Shown here piece by piece: positions 45,256 through 58,124 of a DNA stretch of 64,000 bases. Within the stretch, counting starts at the first letter, position 1, and every line of letters starts with the position of its first letter. This DNA comes from Magallana gigas (taxonomy: Eukaryota): the NCBI RefSeq assembly GCF_963853765.1, contig NC_088856.1:25296001-25360000 (forward strand). Reading direction: 5' to 3'. The translations under genes were made by a program, and so were the position numbers. Under the pieces are notes generated by a model. It did no database searches. It was not told the origin of the DNA and saw only the letters and a program-made list of their open reading frames with translations.

Positions 45256-46219
45256 ATGTCTGGGCGCGTGTTACCATGGATATGTTTGTTCCTGGGACTG
45301 ATGAAGTTTTCTAGCGCCTGTTCCTGCTATATGCCACGATATCAAAACTCGTTCTGCAATGCTGAATTTGGTCAGTAAAATTATTATAATTCAATTTAAT
45401 GTATATAGTAAGTTCGTTTATATGATGTTTGTATTTAAAATAATGTTAACCTTTTAGATCTAATTTGCATGTTAATTCATGTTCTATTTAATTTTTCATA
45501 AGGTATATATGTTAATTTCACGGTATTTTTAGAAGATATATAGGGGTGTCTTTGCTTGTACATTGCATTCAATTTGATATTTTTTTTGTGTGTTAATTCA
45601 GCAAATATTTTAAGGTGGCCCACTACACCTTGAAACATATTCTCAAATCAGCAGAAAGATACTTCATTAAAAACAGCATGACAAATGAGAAGTATATTCA
45701 GTAAAATATGCGAAAAAAATATGCAATTTTGGATATAAAAAATTATGGCTTTCATTAATTCAATTTGTGAATATGAACAAAAGTCCGTGGCAATTTACAA
45801 CTGATCTGCGGTTTACAATAATTTATAGCGAATTACCAATTTGGGATCTTGCAAAAGTAAAACATACACAAAAAAAAACGCCATAAAAAATTAAAGAAAA
45901 CCCCCATAAAACAAACAAACAAGCAAATAAACAAAAACAGGAAGAACAAAACACTTACTAGTGCATCAAACGATATCTTTTGAATTTCATTATAACAGCA
46001 ATCACAGCAAATGTCACTTCCTCTGAGTTGTTTTTCCGGGACGGGAGAAGTTTGAGTTCCTACGTGCTAGAGGGCGTAATTCCGGACCGACATCAGCGCC
46101 TGGAATATAACTACTCCATTGATGTGCTGGACATCTTCAAGGTCAGCAATACGATTACTTTAAAAGACTTTAGTTCTAGGCCATCATCTGGGTTTAATTT
46201 ACGGTCAGCTCCTCTCCTC

Positions 46220-46312
<93 letters not shown>

Positions 46313-49300
46313 TTGGCTAGAGGAGATACTATGATGCATGTTTTTGTATATTTTCGAAAAATATGCTTCAATCTCTAGAAAAAGGAAGGAATAAAAAAGA
46401 ACTAATGGAAATATTCCAAAGTGTACACAGTGCGTAATGATGAAACATGCTCGAACAATGTTGGTTTATTTTTAAAGATAACTCCCACTTTTGAGACGGT
46501 CGACCAGAACTACGTCACTTCCGACGCATTTGACGGATCCTGTGGGATTGAGCTGTCCGTTGGGACAGTGTACTACATGACGGGTCAGATATTCTATATA
46601 AAGTTACACATTTTTTTTATTGTGGTGGCTTAATTTTCGTGAATATGCAATTAATTGCCCGCTTCATTTATAATGCACATATAAACATGTCGCTACAAAT
46701 CTGTTAATTTAAAATTTGGTTATCCTCGAAAATCGACCCTTCAAAAAATCGCACTGCATAACAAGTATAAATTTACGTGTACTATTGTAAATATCTCAAA
46801 CCAATATATATCTGATGGATTTTTCCTATTAATACCGTTTTAGAATTATAAGTATCACAGACGATTCTTCACGATGGTTCTTGCTTATACGTGTTTATTG
46901 AGACATTGAACGTTAGTACCTGTTGTCACAGGTACTACATGTACATGTATGTCATCAAACAATCCTTTTTAATAAATTTGATCGGCAGTAGTGGTATATA
47001 CCGAACATGTATTTTTGTGTATGCTCATGAAGAATGGTTTCGATTCATTTAATCACGTGACGTATCACCCGTGAAATGACGTTATTATACCCCCGCAAAC
47101 GAAGTTTAGGGGGGTATATTGGTTTCACCCTGTCCGTCTGTCTGTCCATCCGTCTGTCCGTCTGTCTGTAGACGCAACTTTGTCCCCCCTATAGAATTTA
47201 TTATTACTGCATGGAACAGTTTGAAAATTTGTACATATGTTGAACACCATCTGAAGATGTGCACCTGCAATTTTTTTTAAGATCAGACAAGATTTAATGA
47301 TTTTATGACAGTTTTCATTTTCCTTATTCTATATATTGTACACTAATGTTGAAAAGTAAGGGAGGTAATCCTTACAGATTTTATTAATTAATTGATAGAA
47401 AACACTCTAAAATATATTTATATAAATACATCCAGATGGAGTTTTTTGTCTTTATGTCTTAATTAATAAAAAAAAATTATTTTTTATAAGTGTTTTATCA
47501 ACTGACAATGCAAAGCTTTTGTTTGTCAATGATAAATTCTTAGGAGCTAATAAGAACATCAAAGACAAGTGTGGCTGAATTCATTTGTCCCAAGGGAGCC
47601 ATTATCTGAGCCATGGTTCAGATGGAGCATGTGTTTAGGGGACATTAATAATCTGTAAAGTGGGTGATGGTTTTGGGGCTATTTTAAAACTGTTTCATGT
47701 AAACCAAAAGGTCTATCATTATAAGGAAATAAATAATATAATTATTAATAAAGAAGTAAAACTATTTTTAGAGGTTGTTTAAATTTATTAGTCGAGTAAA
47801 TTGATGGAGTGACCCTATTGGGCATTAATTTAAATGAAATTCAAGATTTCTGATATGATTGTAGTGTTTTGGCAATTTTAAAATTGTTTGTAATATTAAA
47901 TTTTCTTCTTTTTTTTTTACATATTTTTACATAGTATGGTAATTATGGTAATGTTTTGGGAGTTTATTAAATTTGACAAGTTCATCAAAGAAAATCATAG
48001 TCCTATGGGATAAATTTTCTGATATGGAGTTCCATTGTGCCATAGGAGAAAGTGAGGAAAATTTGAAACAACTAATTGCATCTGTCAAGACTCTTATTAG
48101 AAAGATATTGAAAGTTTTATCAACAGAAAAGCATTGCTTGGCTACCGGTATTTCTATTCACTGCAAAGGGAGGGGTTATTGTCATTTTGTTGGTTTTTCT
48201 TTAAATCAATTAAATTAAAAAAATACATCATCAAATACATACATTTGTAAATGTATTACTGTTATAGATATGTATTTACATTGAAATTCTGACAATTTTG
48301 ATTTTAATTTTTCTTAGTTAACTTTTTTTTTTACAATTCTAGAAAAAAAATTTTGTATGTGTTCCAAACCTTTATTATTCAATTCAATTATTTGTCCCAT
48401 TTGAAATTAGCCTAGCGGGGGTATTAGTCCCATTAGGACAGTTCTAGTTAACCCTGTTATGAATTTGACAGGTTACGTCAGAGACGATCACATGGTAGTC
48501 TCGTCCTGTTTCACCACGGCGCCTTTCTCGGAGCTGAAGGCCGGGCACCTGGAGGGAATCAGGGGGCTGTACGCCGACAACTGTAAATGTCGGGTAAGAC
48601 AACCGGTGTCAAGACACGAAGTACATTAAACTGTTTTGTGCTAAAATCATTTAATCATAAATGTAATGTGATTTTACACAATTTATGTAATGTATGCATG
48701 TCGGTGTTGATATGCTAAGTGTATAAGCGTTTAACAGGATTGGTTAGATTTCCTATATGAAAGTGTGAATGAGCCAATCGGAATAAAGCATGAAATTTTA
48801 ATGTGAACAAAAAAATTTCAATGAGTTTACCCATGGTCAGTAAGCGTATGCGAGACTGACTGTGTGTTTACGACAGTGAATGATGTGTAGTATATACTGG
48901 CATGATACAAATAACTAGTCGTTTAAAGGTCATAAATACTTAAGACTGAATCAGATGTCCGTCATCAAAACTCCTCGGATACGTACATGTAGCAGCAAGA
49001 AGCTAGGTGGTGGTCTTTCACTGTTTTTAAATAAAACTTTTTACTCATTTAAATTATAATCTAGATGTATAATTAAACTTTCAAACCGAGTGTTCGATCC
49101 CATTTTTCCCTGCCCCGTTCACTTTTAAAATCGAGGGTACATGTCTGTTCTTGGCATCATGATTTTAACGATCCGTCGAAACTTACATCTTAATGCACTC
49201 ATCATTGATAGTCACACATTTTTAATCATCTTAATGATTAAACATTAACTCTTTATTTTGATGATTTTCAATCATTTATAATCACTTGTTAATCAATCAT

Positions 49301-49781
49301 TCAAAGCTTTTATTTAATAATTTTATTTTGAAATAGAAGACTTTGANNNNNNNNNNNNNNNNNNNNNNNNNNNNNNNNNNNNNNNNNNNNNNNNNNNNNN
49401 NNNNNNNNNNNNNNNNNNNNNNNNNNNNNNNNNNNNNNNNNNNNNNNNNNNNNNNNNNNNNNNNNNNNNNNNNNNNNNNNNNNNNNNNNNNNNNNNNNNN
49501 NNNNNNNNNNNNNNNNNNNNNNNNNNNNNNNNNNNNNNNNNNNNNNGAGTCTGTAGAAACACTAGAGAAAATCTGATCAATTTCGCCGCCTTATTTTTTT
49601 TTTAATTTATAAGGTAAACGAGCTGATGATGGAAAAATGGAAGAAGAAGAAGGTGTGCCAGGCCGAGTGGTACTCTCCGTGCGAGGAGGCACAGGCCGTC
49701 TGCGTCAAAAGAAAAGGCGGGAAATGTGTTTGGCGCCATATTGCAGACGAACCCTGCTTACTGGATGATGAGGACAAATAG
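45256..49781 (+). CDS. TIMP: Tissue inhibitor of metalloproteinases (TIMP-like A), about 217 aa
   Basis: Exons 45256-45370, 45999-46141, 46478-46583, 48472-48593, 49614-49781 (phases 1,0,1,0). Signal peptide then CSCYMPRYQNSFCNAEF; SCGIEL..YYMTG; LEGIRGLYADNCKC; 12 mature Cys. Confidence 0.88.
46223..46309. repeat. (GA)n microsatellite in TIMP-like A intron 2
   Basis: Direct reading. Confidence 0.97.
47082..48449 (+). mobile_element. HINE/DINE-1-like non-autonomous element in TIMP-like A intron 3
   Basis: 5' TTATACCCCCGC and 3' GCGGGGGTATT subterminal IRs, with a (GTCY)n microsatellite at 47131-47170. Confidence 0.7.
49347..49546. other. Assembly gap (N run), inside TIMP-like A intron 4
   Basis: N characters. 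Confidence 0.99.
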
Positions 49782-50993
49782 ATATATGGACGCACGTTCA
49801 TGTTTAACGACTATGGGTATTTTAAATCTTATGTCTATGTAATTTCTTAAACGATTAAAGTGGACGAAGTTCAACAGAACAGGGTACGTGTTCGTTAAAA
49901 AGAATGTATGAATGCATTATTGTTTAAACACCAAACAATTCGCATAATGATTTCATTTCACTGTGAGCGTTTTATCAGAAATCTAATTGTATGAAAATTT
50001 AGACTTATAAAACTAATTTCCAAAATTAGACATAGACATGGCTCAGGTGGGAACTTTGGTTTTAGAAAAATTGAGTGTAACCAATGCAATGATTCATTTG
50101 AAAAGTTTTGTATTACAGGTAAACCATACCATGCATGATTTTTGAAATACTCCTTTCTAAAATGTTTTCAATAAGATTTTAATTTGTGGAATGAATACAT
50201 AAAAGATGTACTTGCAAGTGACATTCGATGGCTCGAGCTTCGATCGCTCGAAATTCTTGATCTCGAAGTGAAATCACTTCACTATATATAGGAATTTATT
50301 GATACCTTTCAGACCCTGACAAGTGTAAGAAGAAGGGTGCGGGGAGGGATGTTTGAAATATTGTTGTTTTTGGAGTTGTTGTTGTTTTTTTTACGTAAGT
50401 TTATTGCTCTAATAAAATTAAATTTCTTTTGTTGACGAATAAAATCTGATAAATAGCAAGACTGAAAAAACAAACAAAGCTGGTCTTTTATTGAGTAATA
50501 TTTTAACGTACATGAATAACAAAATGATACTGATATTGAAAAATTCAATATGACCACCACTTTATCAAGTGAACATTGGTTTTTCAAAAACTTTTAAAAG
50601 TCTACCAATCATGAAATCTTTAAAACAAAAACAATTGCACTTTTTAATAGCAGTGATATTCAAAATATATATATACAAATATATGTGTAATATATAATTA
50701 ATGAGACAAATTCTTATAATGATATTGCATTGTTTGTATATATACATATTAGTATACAAATTTAAAAGAAATCTACATTACACGTGTAAGTTACACAAAA
50801 TATACGAATTACAAATGTACTTACACAGACCGATTACGTACCCCGATTCAGGGTTAAGTTTAAAAAAAAATGGTTTAATATACATGCAAAAAAGTAGTTC
50901 CCTGAAGTATGAAATCCCCGTCTGCTACATGCTCACACGAGCTGCCACTTTGAGTATTTTTAACGTTATCGTTTTGATTTTCTTGTTTTTGGT

Positions 50994-53900
50994 TTATTTT
51001 CCTCGTTGCTTTTTCCGGAATTTTCCTTTCCACTGACACGTTTTCTTGCGATAGACACAAACAGCGTGGTTGACGTAGCAATCAACGTCAAATAGTTTTG
51101 ATTTTCGAGATGTGCAGCCGCGAAAACCGGGATCTTTTGGACTTAAATGATATGGACTGTCCGTACCAATGTCAGCCTGAATGAAAGAGAAGGTTTTAAA
51201 TTCAGAATCGTTGCAGCTTATAAAGCGGATTAGGTTTATTCATTTTATCTTCTTAAAATTATCAAAAATGAACATTAAAGACACATAAACAGGAAAATTA
51301 AAAAAAAAATATCCTTTATGCTTTTGCTTTCATTTAAATGAGATAGAAGAAAAAAACGAACAAAGTTGCATGGACGATATGTTTTTGGAACTCACAATGC
51401 AGCGGCAGTTCTTTTTATAGAGCTTACGCAATCCCAGCTGTTGGGTTTTAGTCAGTGTATGTGTCAACTGCATGAAGTTACACTTGGTCATCCTCATCTC
51501 ATTGTCCAAGATCACCCCTAATGAAAAATCGACAGAGTCAAACAATTCAGAAGAAAAGCCACAGAAATACAAGTACGCTTCGATGTTGCAACATCCAATA
51601 CTAAACGTTTAAAACCATTATACGTGGGCGAAAAATACGGTTTGATAGTAAAAAAAAAATAGGTCGAACTTTAAAAATCATTTTGAATCAACTGCTATCT
51701 CAGAAACTTTAGCACACATCATTTCTTTCGATAACCAGTTAGAACTTTCTAGAATAATTTAAGAGTAGAACATTTTGAAATTGCAAGGATCAAAGAACCA
51801 TGGTTGCCACCTACATGTACACGTTCTAACCACTGAGCCACTGAAGTCACAAGAACTAATGATCTAAATGCTGTACATAATTATAATGTTGTGTCTGCTA
51901 AGTTGAGCTGTCTTCTGATTTCGATCATTTTTGCAAAAGAGATGGAATTTTGGTGTTTTACAGAGTGATATGGTTTTAATTAATGCATTGTGGGTCAAGC
52001 TTTTGTTGACTAAGTCTGCACTGTTTTAAAAGAAATCATTCGTTATATGCAGAAAGCAGACCATTTCTTATAAATAAACTTCGTTAAATTAGAGAGTTTT
52101 GCCAGAAATATTGCAACTAGATAAATTGGTTGCTGATTGCTTTTAGGTTAAACTACAGACATACTACCTTATTCACCCATTTTCTAGCTTCTGTGAAAAA
52201 ATTCCCAAAGTAAATATAAATTGTAAAGGAATTGATACCATATGCATGTTACAAAAAATTAACCTTGACAATGTTGTGAAACACCTATTGAAACCCATGC
52301 AAATCTCTTATCAAAGAGACAAATGCATATTGCGTACATCTTAATCTAAAATCTAAGGCAAGTACATTTAATTCAAACGCATCTCCATTTAATGTCAAAA
52401 TTAAATAATACAAAATGTCATCCCATTTCCAAACATTTTTGTTACACATCTGCAAATTGCACATCATAAATTGTGCAATTATAGAAATTAAATGTAACTT
52501 GCACCTGGGCACTTTAAATTCAGTACATTTGTAACTTAAATGACGAAAAGAGAGGAAAAAAAATTGAAAATATTAAGGAAGAAAAATAAAAACGATTTTT
52601 TTCTTCAGTCCTTCTCCATCAATATATTAAGTACGCACATTTTAAAGTTGGGAAAATGAATCAATGAGGACCTGGATTTTATTTATTAAATAAATTTACA
52701 TCTGGCTAATAACTGAAAATGTTTGTAAAAACATTACTCAATATCACTGACAAATCTTCTTTCGATTCAACAACTCCAACAATGTAGGGGACCTAATATA
52801 ACAACTTAACACCTGTGATTTCAATGAAATCACGAGATAACATCACTAAATAAAAACCTAGAAGTTGATACACAGCTCTCCGCTATCTGATTTGGATCCA
52901 TTATCAATTTAGGGGCCATTTGAATCTGTATGAAACAGTTGGATACAAACTAAGTGTACTTTCTTTCATTAGCAAAATCAACACAAGTAGAATGTGTTTT
53001 GAACTTCCTAAAATTTTCTAAATCTTCTTTTCTAGACGTATTTAGTTCAATAACGTGTTGTTTTAGTATACTAGACCCCCCCCCCCCTTATATTTATTCC
53101 GAATATGGGTTTAATTTTTATTTTTCGCTTCAATTACTACAAGGTATAGATCAAATTGTTATCTTTTTAATATTTAAGGGCGTATATTAAATTATTTAAA
53201 ATCATCAATATTTTTCCCTTCCTTTGTCTTTAAACCAAAAAATCACTAAAGCGACCTGTATGATTGTACTTAATAAAAAGATCAAGTTTAAAAAGAAAAG
53301 CACAATGCAATGACGTGCCATCAGGTTTGAAATGTATCGTGTTTTTAATTGTCAAATTAATTGTTGGTCCGTGTCAAACACGCTTGAATAAACTCGTAAC
53401 CTTTATCGTGTTAAATTTGCTGCTGTATATATGTCGCTTCAGCTGTTGAACTTAGCCTTGCATATTGAACGCACCAAACACAAGATTTCACGATGTCATG
53501 TCAAGTGGCCGTGTTCGAACCATAACGCACGATTTAATTTTAGGTATTAAAAGGAAGTGATGTTACACTTGCACTTTTGTTCTCCCAGACCCACACAAAA
53601 GCGCACGCGCCCAACACAATTACTATATAACGTATCATCAGCTATATATATATTTGGTAAAGCAATTTCCGAACTTCTAAAAATTTACCACAATAAAAAT
53701 TAACTTGTTATCTGTATGAAGTATAGGTTGAAGTCGGTTATTGTTGTTTAACATCCTGACCAGCTGATTGTATATGGATCTAGACCCCGTCCAAAACTAT
53801 ATGGAGATATTCTGTAGATTGTAAGCACAATATCTGCACTATTTTTTTACCCCTGACAATGACTAAACAAAATGATATTTAAAAAATCCGAAAAATATTA

Positions 53901-56900
53901 TTTTCATGGGTATGTAATACTCTTAACAGTGGTACACTATGTTTAAAGATTTGGTAAAAATGTTTTGTTTTAAAACGTCAAAAAAGTGTATATGCTTGTT
54001 GAGAAAGTGTAAAATGAAGAACGAACTCGCGAATGAAAAGTTCCTTTTTGCCGCTACTCGTTGATATAAGAAGATAATTTTTTCCTTCAATTACATATAT
54101 TGTCATTATTGTCGTTTAAAGAATATTTCTCTAAACCCCACCTGAGAAGACAGCTAGCGTTTGAATTACAATCACAGTGTACACGTATCAAATGAATGTT
54201 GTTTTTTTTGTTATTCTCCTTACCCATCATAATATACTTTCGCCCGATTCTTGGTCTAATGTTACACCCCAGTGGCGTATATATCTTTGTGTGGTCAATG
54301 TTCTTGAATTTTCGTTCTCCCTGGAAAAGAAAACAGCTACAGTAACAAAAATGTACCCAAATAATGACCTCACGTACCAATTTACCTACGCCTTAGATCG
54401 AAAGGATATTTCGTAAAGGACAAGAGCGTACAAGGCCTGACAAATCCTCCGTACCCAGGATTTTGAAATGGCATATGAAAATCTTAACATTTGAAAGTGT
54501 GCATCAGTACATGTACATGTATAATATAGAACTGCATTCTCTGACAAATAAATAATTAGCACATGTACTTGGTACTCATATCCTTTGTATTATTTGTTGC
54601 TTTCCAAACATTACAGCATGATCTCATATCTGTGATAGCGCTATCTTTATCCGACATTGTGTTTACAGAACATGAACATTGCGTAATTGTTGTGATTATA
54701 TAAATGTTATAAGATATTTTTTTCATAATAATCCAATAAAAAAGCAAAATATATGTTTTAGTTTAAAGTAAATGAATTCACCCTCTACATAGAGAAGGAT
54801 GGACTACAAGTCTCCACGTATAACAGTGAGCTACATTGACACATTAGAGTACGGGTGAATAAAATTGTTTGACAATAATTGATAAAGTAAAGCATTTATG
54901 GTAAAAACTACGAATTTGAACCATTATGGGTCTAGACTCCATTTTAATTAATCAATAATAAAATCAATATCAACTTATTCTTTAATTAAAAGTAGTTTAA
55001 GGATGGAGTCAAGACCTATTCATACCTAAATTTTGGAATTTAGAACAGTGAATGATCCAAGATTTCAATATTAGCGTGCAGCTTAGTTTGGAAACCTATA
55101 CACGTCGTGTTTAAAGAATGAAAGCACAATATTGATTTACATTAAAAACAATACATACAAGCCAAAAATTAATATTCAAACTTAAATTGAAATTCTTTCG
55201 TCTTCATTGCTCCGAGTGGGGGATATACAACGCCTTGTACGCCCCTGTCCTCCCCCCTTCCCCATCCCACCGCATCATAATGACATGTTTAATTTAATTC
55301 TATCTTGGTGTAAATGAGTTTTTTTATATTTCATTACATCATAATATACTTATACTGTTTGAATGAAAGCGATAGAAGATGGTTATGAACTTAAAACGAA
55401 ACGGTTTTGAAAATCATAATGCATCAGAATAGACTTTTTTAAATGGTACTGACTGCAGATAGTAGTGCAATAAGAACTGTAAGTTGTTTATTGATTTGAT
55501 ACCGTAGAACTACTCAAGTTTGAATAGGACATTTTTCTTTTTTGGAGAGAAAATGCTATTAAATTTTTATGATACGATTATATAAACCAAGAAAGATTTT
55601 TTTTAACCATGAAAATCGTAAATGGAATAGTTAACCATTTTTTGTATATAACTGTTAACTGTAACTGTGCTGTACTGAGAGTTGATTAATTGTTGGCAAT
55701 AACTATTTAGGAACGAGTAACTCTAAATGGTTACAGTTAAAATTGAATTTTGAAATAGTAACTGTTTCAACATTCAATTTTAACGGTTGGTAGTTAAGTA
55801 ACTGTTTTGGTTTTGTAATTAATTAAGCAACTGTTGGTAATAGAAAGTTTTTGTTTTTTTCACTGTACATGTGAAAGGTTGAGAATTGAATAGGTGTATA
55901 AGTTGTGAGTTGATAACTTTTTTGTAGTTGATAGTTCTTTACGTGTACTGTATCTGTTAAGAGGTAGAGATTCTGTTAAAACTGTACTGCAGTTAAGTTA
56001 TTGAGAGTTAATTATCTGATAGGAATTGAAAATAGTTGCTTACAATTATTTGTAAGATGATTTTAAGTGAGAGTTGAAAAAATAAAAGTAACTGTTGAGA
56101 GTTAGGAAACTTTTTCATAAATGTATTTAGTCTGATTAGCTAAAAGTGATTGAACGTTGATTAACTATAATTGTTAGCAGTAAACTAAAATCGACGAATC
56201 AATTGAATGCTGATCGAGATCGAAAGTTTATAAAATTTAACTGTAAGATGTTTGACTAACGTTAAGTTAACTGCTAGTGATCGAGAGTAGATTAACTGTA
56301 AATAACTGTTACGAATTGTTAAGATTGAGAAAGTTGATTAACTAAAATTAACTTTAAGTAATTGAAAATTTATTAAGGAAGCTGACAATATCATGTAACT
56401 GCCATCAAGCGCTTTTCAACTGTAAATAAGAGAGAGGTTTTTCATGCCAGTCAATCAGGAGTCATTATGACACTTTCATCTGACCTTGAACTTCTGATAG
56501 ATGTGGACATGAATGTGGTTGCCAATTGGACGGCCAGGTACTTGTTTGGAATACACTCGGGTGATGTTCGTGATGTAGGCTTTGATGACTGCAAAAGACC
56601 AAGTGAAGCCGTCACCAACTTTCCTCAAGTCAATACTCAGTCTCAAGTCTGAGTTGAGTTGAGTGAGTTGAAAAATTTTGGTGACGGTGAAGCCAAATCT
56701 CGAAGGTTAAATGTATTTCGGACAACAGTAATGTATAAAATAATGCTATTCGTATAACAGTAATAAAATTCAATGCTATTCATATGTCTTTATTCAATCT
56801 GAAGTATTCGCAAAAACTTTAGATATTTAAATTTTCATGGAAAAACAAGATTACTAACAAAAGCAGCAAATATTAGACTGAAGACTTAAATAAGATCTAT

Positions 56901-57140
56901 AAAAGATAAGTTTTGTATTTAGCCAATTGGTTCATATACATGATTCAAAAAGCAAATTTAATAATAAAACATGTAACAACAATTTTGATTTGAACATATT
57001 GCATCAATAGTTTTACCTATGTCAGACTTGCAGTAGAGCCATTGGGGATGTTCTGGACCGGGACATTTGCAACATGACGTCAACTTCGGTCTAAACAGGC
57101 ACATCATGCTAAGGAAGAAAATCAACTCTTTCCAATCCAT
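50994..57140 (-). CDS. TIMP: Tissue inhibitor of metalloproteinases (TIMP-like B), about 209 aa
   Basis: Exons 57140-57017, 56588-56485, 54320-54224, 51517-51396, 51176-50994 (phases 1,0,1,0). Signal peptide then CCKCPGPEHPQWLYCKSDIVIKA; FKG; IYTPLGC..KYIMMG; QQLGLRKLYKKNCRC; CQW. Confidence 0.88.
54418..55250. mobile_element. Putative MITE in TIMP-like B intron 2
   Basis: Inverted repeats GGACAAGAGCGTACAAGGC / GCCTTGTACGCCCCTGTCC; no TSD verified. Confidence 0.45.
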
Positions 57141-57224
57141 CTCTGAAAATGAAATTCCCTTCCGCCATATAAAATATGTTTAAGAAACATGTGTTCTTTT
57201 TTCTTATTAATTGGTTAATATTAA

Positions 57225-57546
57225 GGTAGTATGGGGCACCTCCATGCTGTGACGTATTATTTATCGAAATAAACAATAAAATCAAGTAGAATGTTATAAA
57301 TAATTGCTTTATCAAAGTTGTTTTATAACAGGGTAAAGCAGAAGGTTAGTGGGTTCACTACGGAGCTGAAAGTCATGAGTTAGAATCACGCTGCTGTTTT
57401 TTTAAATTTGTACTTTTCCAAAAAAATTTAAGACGTATTTTTTTTGTTAAATAATGTAAAATTTGAAAATTCTAAATTGGTAAAGCTAGTATTTAATTAT
57501 AATGTACTTTAATCCACATCAATATCGACAGGTGTACCATACCACC
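57225..57546. mobile_element. TTAA-flanked MITE (Kolobok- or piggyBac-type target)
   Basis: TTAA|GGTAGTATGGGGCACCT ... AGGTGTACCATACCACC|TTAA. Confidence 0.75.
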
Positions 57547-58074
57547 TTAATAACTGCAGAAACTAATTTTGGCCAGAATTTGCTTACACGAAATTTATCT
57601 CATTGGTTGAGAGATTGATCCTATAATGTTTTTGATCGCATCCCAGAACTTGCTCATAATTTAGACGAAGCTTCTGCAGCAACAAGTTTTTTGTATGGTA
57701 TAATAATGAAATAAATGGACAAATTTATGTCTGAAACCTCAGTCGCTGTTTTATAATGCATTCCGATCTAAAAGATGTAGAGCTTGGACCAATGTGTCTC
57801 TCGTCCACATCTTTGATAATGTTGAAGGTTAATACAAACATACATGTACGTGACACGTGCAAGAATTCTCACACGACGTCTTGGCTTAGGGTGGTCGAAT
57901 TAAAAAAACACAAACTGAATGAGTTGGTATCGTATTTCCGCCACACACAAGCCTTTCTACCAAGTGAAGCCGTTTTGAATTGGAAGGTTAATTGCGCAGT
58001 TAATAGATTTGTATTTATCATGTATATGTTTCACGGGAAGGTTCCTTGCCTGGAGTCTGTTATCATACAAGACC

Positions 58075-58076
<2 letters not shown>

Positions 58077-58121
<45 letters not shown>
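58077..58121. repeat. (GA)n microsatellite
   Basis: Direct reading. Confidence 0.97.

Positions 58122-58124
<3 letters not shown>

Noticed and set aside
45980-46378. 132-aa ORF with an RE repeat, also at 57756-58124
   Set aside because: Reads through a splice donor or into a (GA)n microsatellite; only 45999-46141 is coding (TIMP exon 2).
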